Virus record (IMG/VR): IMGVR_UViG_3300025652_000046
Strand: one strand, 5' to 3'
Origin: an uncultured virus (IMG/VR IMGVR_UViG_3300025652_000046)
Lineage: Duplodnaviria; Heunggongvirae; Uroviricota; Caudoviricetes
DNA: 64,000 nt
This document shows positions 55,641-64,000 of the stretch, in pieces. Position numbers and translations under genes: made by a program. The notes beneath the pieces were generated by a model that did not search any database, was not told the origin of the DNA, and saw nothing but the letters and a program-made list of their open reading frames with translations. Every line of letters starts with the position of its first letter. The stretch's first letter is position 1.

Positions 55641-56825
55641 TTAGGCGTGGAAAATTGGTAAGATACCAAGGTTAAGAAGGTCAACTTTACGAGTCCAAGT
55701 AGGAGTCGCAGCAGTACCAGCATATGAAGCGTTAGTAGCGAAAGCATCTTGAGTACCAGCGAAGCTGTAACCACGTGCATGCATAACATAGCCCCAACGG
55801 TACCAAGCTGTAGTACGGCCAGAACCAGAACCTACGCTCTCGTTACGATCCATAGCAACAGGGTTAGCAATGCTTGTGCTGTGCATGAAGATAGAACCAG
55901 GAAGCATCATGTAAGATACTTTAGCAGTTGTGATAGAAGTAACACCAGAAAGTGCTGCGTGAGTTACTGCGCCTAGGCCTTGGCCGAAGTTGCGAGAAAC
56001 GATTACGCGAATAACACCGCCTAATAAAGTTTCAAAAGAGATGTTACCATCAGTGATACGTTCGTCATCAACTAAGTTGGCAACTTTGATATCTAGGTAA
56101 ACTTCAGGAGAAACTACTAAGTATACGAAATCTGGAGTGTAGTCAGACCATGCACCCATAGCGCGAATTAAATGTTCAACACGTTGTCCAGGAGAGCTAG
56201 CAGTTAAATCTACTAAGCCTTCTAAGCTAGAACCAGTACCAACAGTGTCGCTTGAAGCAGCAACGTAAGCGAAAGCTTTAGAGTTGTCACCATCTACAGA
56301 GTTGCCAGCGAAGGCTTCTGAGTAGGTAGAACCTGCCAAGTCGTTAGCAGTTTTAAGCTCAGTGTTCATAACACCAGCTAAACAGCTACGTAATGATTGA
56401 TCTTCATCTTCAGCACGAGTTTCAGCGAAGTCACGAGCGATCTTGGCTAAGCCGTCTTCGCCAGAGATAACACTTTGAACTAAATATTCGTTAGCACCGT
56501 GAGTACGGACAGTTTTGATGTAAGTCTGTACTTCAGTTTGGATGTTAGTAGTGCCACCATGATTTTCATCTTGGCTAGCTACGTTAACAACTGCATTGTT
56601 AGAACCAGCAACGTTTTCAGTAGCGTTAACGCCACCTACTGCGTATGCGCCAAGTGGCTTGTAGAAGCGAACTTGACCGATGAAGTCTTCACCGTCTGCT
56701 TTGATTTGTGCGTCTTGACCGATAATCGAAGTTGATACGATTTTCTTTGCACGAGTATACATCTCATCTGAGTAAGCTGAGATTGCTTTATTTAATGTGC
56801 CGAATGCACTTGAAGAAATTGCCAT
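55641..56825 (-). CDS. Major capsid protein
   Basis: 394 aa after the scaffold gene; strong codon bias; G..V.V.. and RWGYV.H..G.SF.G features. Confidence 0.85.
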   Translation of the reverse strand: MAISSSAFGTLNKAISAYSDEMYTRAKKIVSTSIIGQDAQIKADGEDFIGQVRFYKPLGAYAVGGVNATENVAGSNNAVVNVASQDENHGGTTNIQTEVQTYIKTVRTHGANEYLVQSVISGEDGLAKIARDFAETRAEDEDQSLRSCLAGVMNTELKTANDLAGSTYSEAFAGNSVDGDNSKAFAYVAASSDTVGTGSSLEGLVDLTASSPGQRVEHLIRAMGAWSDYTPDFVYLVVSPEVYLDIKVANLVDDERITDGNISFETLLGGVIRVIVSRNFGQGLGAVTHAALSGVTSITTAKVSYMMLPGSIFMHSTSIANPVAMDRNESVGSGSGRTTAWYRWGYVMHARGYSFAGTQDAFATNASYAGTAATPTWTRKVDLLNLGILPIFHA

Positions 56826-56869
56826 TTTTATAATGCCTTAATAAATTAAAAGTAAAGTTAGTTGGGTTA

Positions 56870-57523
56870 TTACAACCACTTGCCACTACCGTCAAGATGT
56901 CCTGCAGCTGCTGCTGTCATTATCTCTTCAGTAGTCATTTCTGCTAGTGATTTGTTAGTGTCGAAACTTCCAGTTGGGGATTGCATTGCTGCTTGTCCTG
57001 TTCCAGAAGATTGCTTTGGTTTAAATAAGAACTCTTTATCATCGTCCTTACGGAAACTGTCAATGAAATCCTTAACAGAAGCGCCAGTTTTATGCACCCA
57101 CTGACCATTCTCATTTTGTGTTAATTGAGATACCACGTCCCGATAGGCAAATTCTGCTGCTGTATCGTTACGGAAGTCTAAGCCCTTAAGAGCACTACGT
57201 ACAGCACCGTCTCGTGTTAACTCAACGATCTGTTTGTCTCTTGCTGCCAATTTAGCAGTAATTTCTGTAAGCTTCATGTCAGATGCTTCTTTGTGCTTAC
57301 CATCTTCTTCTAGTTGAGCTATCGCGCTAAGTCTCTTTTCTTCTTCAAAAGAAACAGACTTTTGTATAGCTTCATCACGTTGAGAGTAAGCGCTGTTTAG
57401 TTTCTCTTTGATACTAGCAAGCTCTTCATCCACTTTTGCTTGGATGATTTTTTGTAGTTCTTCAGAGTCTAAAGCAGATGCTTGGTTTGCTTCGTTATTT
57501 TCATTCATATTATCGTTATCCAT
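56870..57523 (-). CDS. Capsid scaffolding protein
   Basis: acidic coiled-coil, FLFK...SGTG tail; directly upstream of the MCP gene. Confidence 0.8.
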   Translation of the reverse strand: MDNDNMNENNEANQASALDSEELQKIIQAKVDEELASIKEKLNSAYSQRDEAIQKSVSFEEEKRLSAIAQLEEDGKHKEASDMKLTEITAKLAARDKQIVELTRDGAVRSALKGLDFRNDTAAEFAYRDVVSQLTQNENGQWVHKTGASVKDFIDSFRKDDDKEFLFKPKQSSGTGQAAMQSPTGSFDTNKSLAEMTTEEIMTAAAAGHLDGSGKWL

Positions 57524-57669
57524 AATTGTTGCTCCTGGGCACAGCCCGATTGTTGTTAGAGAAGGACACAGCCTTTTCTAGTTAAGAGTTTTTTAAAAAG
57601 TTGATTTGTATCTTTGGATACCTAATCGTAGATTGTTATGTGCAAGTACACATAAAACATACAACCTCC

Positions 57670-60600
57670 TCACGGTCCGATGCCATACCAATCCCAACCA
57701 TCAGGGATTTTAGCACGTATTTCTTTGGCAGTAATGCCATTTTTACTGTTCAGTAAGCCGTCTGCTTCTGCTTTCGCTAAGAGCATTCGGTAAGATTCCT
57801 CAGAGAGTCCTCTTTTTCTCATTGCCTTTAAAGTGTTTAGGAGAGATTCACCGTCTATTGCATCAGCATAAATATCACGTAATGCGAATTTAGCGTCAAC
57901 AGAGTCAGCAAGGTTTGTAAAGAAACCATCGTGAATAGTTGCAGTCAGAATACGATTCTTCTTGCCCCATAAATGGAATTTCCTTACGATTGTAGCATCA
58001 TTCATATGATTGCCGTTTACTCCTAAACCACTACGAGCTCCTATAATAGACTGCTTACCGATAAACTTGCTATCGGTTATAGTATCTTCGTAGATATTTG
58101 AAACCTTTCGTCCAGTTACAGGGTCAGTAAATTCGATCCTTTCTTGAACAACGGGTCTATAGCGTTGAAATAAAAGTTTACCATCCATCGTGACCCAAGG
58201 GATATCAACCTCTTTGGATTCCGTGATGTATACTTTCGCAACGTCTTTCCAGAATGATACAAACTTTTCTGTAACAGGAGCAATATCTTTCAAATGCCCA
58301 CTCATTATTTCAGCAACTTTCTTGAACTGATTAGGTCCGATTAAGCCGCCCTTGACGTTGGTCAACTTGCTAACAAATACAGCAGAATCGGGATGCATGT
58401 CCTGTGCCATAGCAAGGAGCTTGTTTCCGATAGGTGCGTTGTTGTTGATAGCATAGTTTGCTTCTCTTTTTAATTCTTTTAGAGAGGCAGATACTTGTGT
58501 AGCTTTATCACCATCTGCTTTCTTAATGGCACTATCTATGGACCGATTAAACTCACGGAGTTCAGCCCCTGATATGACTACATAGTCTTTCTTGGTGAGT
58601 ATTTTAGCTAGTTTACCTTCTATAGCTGCTGCCTGTGTTGCTTGTCCTGCCCCATAAAATGCAACCATCGATTGTCCCTTAGCTCCTTTTGCAAGGTCAC
58701 CAAAGTCGATGTCATTACCAATAGGGTTTATAGCCCTAAATCGAGGGTCAGACATTGTTCTTTCTGCTACAAGGTCATATAAACGATTCTTACGACCAGT
58801 CGCAAGTACATTGGAAGCTTCGGCTAACGCTCTATCCCTAGTGGATAACGCTATTAACTGTGCTCCAGATGCTGATGCATCGTTTTCATTACCGAGTTGT
58901 GTCTTATACGTTCTTAGCTTTTTAACATTAGTGAAATCGCCATCTACATGATTGTGGATACGAGTGTACTCTAATGCGAATCTGGCTAATTTAGGTAATT
59001 CTTCTGCTTCAATCTCTCTAACTAGGGGATGCTCCAGAAACTGTCTGATGCGACCCTGTCTTTGAGTTTTAGATAACAATAGCTCTCCGATCTCTCGCAG
59101 TTGTTTCTCTCTGGCAGCAAATGAAGCTAATCTTCCTTCGTTAGTTAAAACACTGAATGCTTCGCCTGTTAGGTTACCTAATTGTATTTTTAATTCTAGT
59201 AAAACTGATTCATTAATATTCTTGGCTATTTTGGTGTTTAAGAAAGGTCGAACAAACTCACCACCAGCAGGATGTAAATAACCCTGGGTGTAAACTCGTC
59301 CACGTCCATCTATCTGAGCCCAAGTGCGCCATGATGTTTTGTTTTGTAAATGCCACCTTAAAGATTGCATCATACCCATGCCTTGCTCACCACGTTGTAA
59401 TATAACTTTACGAAAGCTATTAAGCTCATCATACTTAGCTACTTGACCTCTAGGGTCACGAAAGTGCGCCAGGTCATCAAAGAAGCCTGCGAAGTCTGTA
59501 TCTACTTCCCACTCAGCATCCATTACGTGATTGAGCATTTCAGAAAAATCTTTATCAACAAGGTTCTTTTCGTAGTTACCACCAGCCTTACGTGTGATGA
59601 CGCTAACATCAGTCTTGTTACCACGGGTATCGAAAAACTTCTTCTCGCCTGCCTTAACAACTAAACGGTCTTGTTCTTTAATTATACCTATCCGTCTTGA
59701 ATAGATAAGCTCACGGTTAGCTCGTTGTAACTTGAGCATAGTAGGGTCTACTATTTGTACCTCTCTAGCTATAGTGTCTTTAAATGAACCTATCTCATTA
59801 CGTCCACTATCTAAATCGATAACACCTCTGCGGGTTACACCTCGTAATCCTACTTTGATTTTACCTTGTGCCTTTAGACCAGTGAGAATGTTAGAACCCA
59901 TTTTATGGTATTCACCAAGAGTAGGAGCTTTAAAGAATACTTCCCAGTCTCTTACTTCTGCTTCATGTAGCTTCTTACCTATTTGTATAGAAAGACTATC
60001 ATAGTCAGAAGATTGACCTGTAGCAACGTCTTTCATAATCTCAGACATTAGCTTAGTTCTATCTTTTATAAACTCAGGAGTTGCTGATTCTTGTATGAAG
60101 TCAGCCTTCTTCTTAGTATACCACCACTCCAAATCTAGGAACCTGCGCTTTCGCTCAGTACCTGCTTGTAGGAATTTGGTGATAGCACTATCAGAAGGTA
60201 TACCTTTCCATCTACGCACAAACGCTTTACCAAAAGGTATCTTTTCAATTTCTTTAATAATGATAGCTTTCGCATCAGGGAACTTTGGTAGAATGTTGGG
60301 TAGCTTTGGAAAATAATTTCGCAAAGGAGAACGACCACCTAAGTAGCTTTTTCTTGCTAGACCAATCCCTTCTGTTGCTGCCCAGTTAGTTACATATCTT
60401 TGGTTCTTTAGAGTTCTCTCAGCTATCTCATTGAAAGTAGTCCATTCACCCATTATTTGTATCTTTGCATCTTCCCCGCTAGCTCCAAACTTATAGACCT
60501 GTGAACGAGAACGAGAACGTCTGTCTAGTACCCTGGATACGTTGACAACAGAGTTTTTAAGCTCTGCTCTTAATACCGCAGCAAGGTTATCCCATGGTTT

Positions 60601-62121
60601 CTTATCCTTAGCGAATCGCTCCATGACAACACGTAGGTTCTCAATGATAACGGATTGCTGATTGACAGAGACTCCATCATTTTCCATAGACAGTGCAAAT
60701 CGTTTAATAAAGTTCTTTTGGTCTTGACTTAGTAGCTTAGAAGTGTCTAGGTAATCCATACGCTCTTGTAGTACTTTAAAATCAGGATCATAAACGAGAG
60801 TCGATTTAGTCTCACCTGTCAAAGGGTCAACGCCTGTGTTTCTCTCATCGAACTGGTTGTTGGCTCTACGTCTTGTACCTTTCTTACCAGGAACCGAAGT
60901 ACCCCGGAAGTCTGTCAGGGACAGATTAGAGTGTACATTGTGAGCCTCTGCTCTAAAGAATAAGCGTAGTTCATCTTCAACTGCTGCACTTCTTATAAGG
61001 GAGGAGGGCCTGCCTGCGTTGATTGCTAGCGCGTTAACTACATTAGAGCTCAACACTTTTTGTCTAACTGGCGTAGTATTTGTGTTCTTATTATCCAGTC
61101 GGCGTAATGCAGTTAAGGAAAGCGGTTTACCACTTGAGGTAGTAAAACTTTCTATAGGTAATTGACCATTATCGAAAAGTTCTACCTTTCGTATATCGCC
61201 TTGGAAGTGTCTAATTTTTACTTCTTGTTTTTGTCTTTTTAACCAAGTACCGTAATCTTCTTTAGAAGGAGCCACCCCGTTAAGGTTTGCCACTTGGGAA
61301 GCCTTTAATCCCTTTAACACGTCCTTCTTGATATCAGGAGAGGCACTAGTTAGTAATTCACTATGTGACTTTAACACCGGAACCAGAGTACTACGACATC
61401 GCCAATGGAGTGGTGGTATGAATCGGGTATCATCAATATCGTAAACCTTACCGTCATGGTGAGCACAGATCGAAGAAGTACGGCTATCTAATACCGCTGT
61501 AAATCTAATACCTTTCATAATTTCACGGTTTTCTTTAAGCACATTTAGCTGTGCAACCGTTTGTGTTCTTGTTATAGAGGTACGTACTAGAGCGGAAGCG
61601 TGAGCCTCTGTCAGTCTAGTCTTCCCTACCACGTTACGGATTATTTCGCTATTCGATAAACCCTTAGACAGACCTGTGTTGATTGCTGTCTGCATCCTGG
61701 TAAGTTCGCCGCTGCCTAGGCTTTGTATACGTTGAGCGAGATTACCATCACCTCTAACGTTAACCCCTACTATTTCAGCTAGTACCTTTGTAGCTCCTGG
61801 TCTACGTATGTTTGCATACTTACCAATAGCTTTATTTAAATTGTTTGTAGTGAAGTCTACTTCGGTTAATCCGTAGTCCTCCATACCACCTACTAGGTGA
61901 GTGTTCATCTCCGATGTGAAACGTGTGACTTCAGGGTGGATGATGTCTTTCATTGTACGAGTTCTATCTACGGAATTGCCTGCGGATAGTTGTTTAGTCA
62001 GACGAGTACGATGGCGTCTAATTATACGCTTGGTATCTGTTTGGACGTTCTCTTCGTTGAGCCTTACCATTGACGAGTGGTCTACAGTGCGGTCATAAAT
62101 CTTATCATTGATGCTTGGCAT
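57670..62121 (-). CDS. MuF (SPP1 gp7-like) head morphogenesis domain fused to a T7-type RNA polymerase
   Basis: LVRT, FTAVLDSRTSSIC...DG, PPLHWRCRS; then DGRGRVY, DASASGAQ, LYDLVA, K..SM..FYG, W.T.DG, N.NH.NDA, IHDGF. Confidence 0.92.
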   Translation of the reverse strand: MPSINDKIYDRTVDHSSMVRLNEENVQTDTKRIIRRHRTRLTKQLSAGNSVDRTRTMKDIIHPEVTRFTSEMNTHLVGGMEDYGLTEVDFTTNNLNKAIGKYANIRRPGATKVLAEIVGVNVRGDGNLAQRIQSLGSGELTRMQTAINTGLSKGLSNSEIIRNVVGKTRLTEAHASALVRTSITRTQTVAQLNVLKENREIMKGIRFTAVLDSRTSSICAHHDGKVYDIDDTRFIPPLHWRCRSTLVPVLKSHSELLTSASPDIKKDVLKGLKASQVANLNGVAPSKEDYGTWLKRQKQEVKIRHFQGDIRKVELFDNGQLPIESFTTSSGKPLSLTALRRLDNKNTNTTPVRQKVLSSNVVNALAINAGRPSSLIRSAAVEDELRLFFRAEAHNVHSNLSLTDFRGTSVPGKKGTRRRANNQFDERNTGVDPLTGETKSTLVYDPDFKVLQERMDYLDTSKLLSQDQKNFIKRFALSMENDGVSVNQQSVIIENLRVVMERFAKDKKPWDNLAAVLRAELKNSVVNVSRVLDRRSRSRSQVYKFGASGEDAKIQIMGEWTTFNEIAERTLKNQRYVTNWAATEGIGLARKSYLGGRSPLRNYFPKLPNILPKFPDAKAIIIKEIEKIPFGKAFVRRWKGIPSDSAITKFLQAGTERKRRFLDLEWWYTKKKADFIQESATPEFIKDRTKLMSEIMKDVATGQSSDYDSLSIQIGKKLHEAEVRDWEVFFKAPTLGEYHKMGSNILTGLKAQGKIKVGLRGVTRRGVIDLDSGRNEIGSFKDTIAREVQIVDPTMLKLQRANRELIYSRRIGIIKEQDRLVVKAGEKKFFDTRGNKTDVSVITRKAGGNYEKNLVDKDFSEMLNHVMDAEWEVDTDFAGFFDDLAHFRDPRGQVAKYDELNSFRKVILQRGEQGMGMMQSLRWHLQNKTSWRTWAQIDGRGRVYTQGYLHPAGGEFVRPFLNTKIAKNINESVLLELKIQLGNLTGEAFSVLTNEGRLASFAAREKQLREIGELLLSKTQRQGRIRQFLEHPLVREIEAEELPKLARFALEYTRIHNHVDGDFTNVKKLRTYKTQLGNENDASASGAQLIALSTRDRALAEASNVLATGRKNRLYDLVAERTMSDPRFRAINPIGNDIDFGDLAKGAKGQSMVAFYGAGQATQAAAIEGKLAKILTKKDYVVISGAELREFNRSIDSAIKKADGDKATQVSASLKELKREANYAINNNAPIGNKLLAMAQDMHPDSAVFVSKLTNVKGGLIGPNQFKKVAEIMSGHLKDIAPVTEKFVSFWKDVAKVYITESKEVDIPWVTMDGKLLFQRYRPVVQERIEFTDPVTGRKVSNIYEDTITDSKFIGKQSIIGARSGLGVNGNHMNDATIVRKFHLWGKKNRILTATIHDGFFTNLADSVDAKFALRDIYADAIDGESLLNTLKAMRKRGLSEESYRMLLAKAEADGLLNSKNGITAKEIRAKIPDGWDWYGIGP

Positions 62122-62168
62122 ATGGAGCCTCCCGTTATGTAGGTATATTTAAAATTAGTGTATAAGAA

Positions 62169-62205
62169 AACCACTAACAGTGTGTTGTATGTACCGTTAG
62201 TGATT
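62169..62205 (-). terminator. Stem-loop upstream of the MuF-RNAP gene
   Basis: aatcactaacggt...actgttagtggtt + ttctt. Confidence 0.5.
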
Positions 62206-62208
62206 CTA

Positions 62209-62421
62209 TTACTTAATATCTGAAGTTTCGATTACCTTAGCGCAATCTTTGTTTGAAACTAAAAACCTGCCATCTTCGTAGATATGTATAATTTTCCAGC
62301 TATTGTTAACAATATCGCCTATTTTTATACTTTCTTCTGCTCTAGAGGGCACTTCTTTTATTCCAACCTTTTCGATACTTTTGTGCTTATTCTTTTTTGA
62401 ACTTTTAGTTGTTTTACTCAT
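62209..62421 (-). CDS. Small basic hypothetical protein
   Basis: 70-aa ORF in the operon. Confidence 0.55.
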   Translation of the reverse strand: MSKTTKSSKKNKHKSIEKVGIKEVPSRAEESIKIGDIVNNSWKIIHIYEDGRFLVSNKDCAKVIETSDIK

Positions 62422-62423
62422 GT

Positions 62424-62861
62424 TTACACCTTGAAGAATACCATGGCTGCACTAAATGCTAAACCAGCAGCCGATGCTAGTAGTATGTATGATTTAAATT
62501 TGTATGTTTTAGTTTTATCGAGCTGAACTGCTGCGTATACATGGCAGTATGCTGCTACAATACCGCATATTTGTCTGAATGGTATGTTAACTAATGTGCC
62601 ATGTTCAAATAAAAAGTCACTTAATGGTGATGCGTTATCAAAGTAGTGGGCTGTCCACGTGATTAACCAATAAGTATTATCTAATGTTTGTCCAATAAAA
62701 GCTATCACTACGCCTAATATCAACCATTGTTCACTCGTTAATTTCTTATCACTTGTTATTGCGTTGGCTGCTGATTGCCCCCAATGCACTACTACTGCTA
62801 TTCCTAATAAAATCGTTAGGACAGTTAATCCCCCTGATAATACATCTGTCATTTTGTTCAC
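62424..62861 (-). CDS. Multi-pass membrane protein
   Basis: about four hydrophobic segments. Confidence 0.65.
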   Translation of the reverse strand: MNKMTDVLSGGLTVLTILLGIAVVVHWGQSAANAITSDKKLTSEQWLILGVVIAFIGQTLDNTYWLITWTAHYFDNASPLSDFLFEHGTLVNIPFRQICGIVAAYCHVYAAVQLDKTKTYKFKSYILLASAAGLAFSAAMVFFKV

Positions 62862-63109
62862 CTTAAATTCCGTATTTCGTCTAGAACAGATCTGCTTAGT
62901 GTTTCCACTGAATGTACCCTGCCCTTAAGTTCCCTATAATCCCCAGTCATGTCTACTATTTGTTTCTGGTTAATGTCATGCATCATCTCGAATTTCTCGA
63001 GCTTTGCGGCATCTTTCTTTATATATGAGTTTAGTAGGAACCATAAGGATGTTATGACTGTCATCAACACCCCTAGTGCCCCTAGTATCTCTATCCTAGT
63101 GAATTCCAT
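62858..63109 (-). CDS. Single-TM coiled-coil protein
   Basis: N-terminal TM then heptad region; start taken at MEFTRIE. Confidence 0.6.
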   Translation of the reverse strand: MEFTRIEILGALGVLMTVITSLWFLLNSYIKKDAAKLEKFEMMHDINQKQIVDMTGDYRELKGRVHSVETLSRSVLDEIRNLR

Positions 63110-63110
63110 A

Positions 63111-63362
63111 TCATTTCTGCAAGATTTCAAGTGCAGCCTTTTCACTTAGCGCAGCTCGTCCATGGAATTCAATATTCGCTTTTGTACCTATGATAATCCA
63201 CATTCTATCCTTTAGACGGAATGCTTCAATTTTCCATAGGCCACTTTTAGATATAGCACCTACTTCTAATTGAGGAGTAGGTTTAGCTACCGGTTTAGCT
63301 GCGGCTGCCTTTGGGGCAACCTCTTTGCTAGTTGTTTTCTTAATACTAGGTTTGCTACTCAT
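63111..63362 (-). CDS. Hypothetical protein with K/A/P-rich N-terminus
   Basis: overlaps the portal stop. Confidence 0.55.
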   Translation of the reverse strand: MSSKPSIKKTTSKEVAPKAAAAKPVAKPTPQLEVGAISKSGLWKIEAFRLKDRMWIIIGTKANIEFHGRAALSEKAALEILQK

Positions 63363-64000
63363 CTTCATCTTCCTCATTAGTAATTGTTTCAGGTTGTTTT
63401 GACATGCGGTTGACTAAGTCATCCATAGGTAGCGCATCCACTCCGCCCATAATCAAATCATCCTTGCCTATTTCTTCTTGTCCTTTTTCATCATCATAAT
63501 CTGAATCAATGATGTCATTTGCCTTAGCAATGTCAAGGAAAGTTGAACGTGGTATAAGTCCTGTTTGGTACCATTCTGTAACCAGGCGTAACCAGTCAGC
63601 GCCAATAGGTGCTGGGTTTAAATCTGGAGTCAGGTCAAATTTTATGTCTTCTATTTTGTAGTCAGTATCATACCTCCAGTTAATCATCCAACAAAGGACT
63701 TTACGCATTTGCTGAGATACTTTGGTAGATATAGAAGCTAATAAAGCAGACTGTCCTGCGTTTCTTATTTCAAGTGCTACACCTGAATCTCTGCCGCCGC
63801 CTGTCTCTGCTGCCATCATACGGATACCCAAACGAGCCATCTCGTTAACAGTATTTTGAATTACTGTTTCCATGTCACGTAGTGCTGCCGAAGGCGTTTC
63901 TAATGCTTTAATCTCATCGCCTTGCCCTAATTTGATCCAAGAACCTAGACCTGCTGATACCACATCTTCAAAACTGTCGTCTGTCATATCAGACATAATA
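63355..64000 (-). CDS. Portal protein, C-terminal part (runs off the window)
   Basis: M..LG.R, SG.AL..R, W..G.I...T.......; acidic tail; upstream of MuF/scaffold/MCP. Confidence 0.75.
   Translation of the reverse strand, partial: IMSDMTDDSFEDVVSAGLGSWIKLGQGDEIKALETPSAALRDMETVIQNTVNEMARLGIRMMAAETGGGRDSGVALEIRNAGQSALLASISTKVSQQMRKVLCWMINWRYDTDYKIEDIKFDLTPDLNPAPIGADWLRLVTEWYQTGLIPRSTFLDIAKANDIIDSDYDDEKGQEEIGKDDLIMGGVDALPMDDLVNRMSKQPETITNEEDEDE

Noticed and set aside
1..64000. Genome-wide stop-codon reassignment, DGR, integrase or tRNA genes
   Set aside because: Core genes are intact in the standard code and some end in TAG or TGA; no reverse transcriptase, recombinase or cloverleaf was recognised by eye

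Overview
This 64 kb window is most of a tailed dsDNA bacteriophage genome, with essentially every real gene on the minus strand. In transcription order (right to left) it carries: the portal C-terminus; a 1483-aa MuF (SPP1 gp7-like head morphogenesis) protein fused to a complete T7-type RNA polymerase catalytic core; scaffold, major capsid, head-tail and lambda-like long-tail genes with a GGGAAAC G/GT frameshift; and a tail-tip protein with two long collagen (Gly-X-Y) tracts. Directly downstream of the tail-tip gene are a three-domain COLGALT-like GT25 / PLOD-like glycosyltransferase / lysyl-hydroxylase enzyme and a second glycosyltransferase, followed by tail appendage genes. Next come a repeat-rich early region, a second stand-alone T7-type RNAP, a T7-like replication module (SSB, PolA, exonuclease, primase-helicase), nucleotide metabolism genes (class Ia RNR with a glutaredoxin-fused alpha subunit, dCMP deaminase), MoxR/VWA, ClpP, a probable small terminase and a GH108 endolysin. 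The two best candidates for undescribed systems are (1) a phage-encoded, animal-like collagen lysine hydroxylation/glycosylation pathway next to its Lys-rich collagen substrate and (2) a probably virion-packaged MuF-RNAP working alongside a second RNAP. All assignments come from motif recognition by eye; no database searches were run, and novelty needs a literature check.
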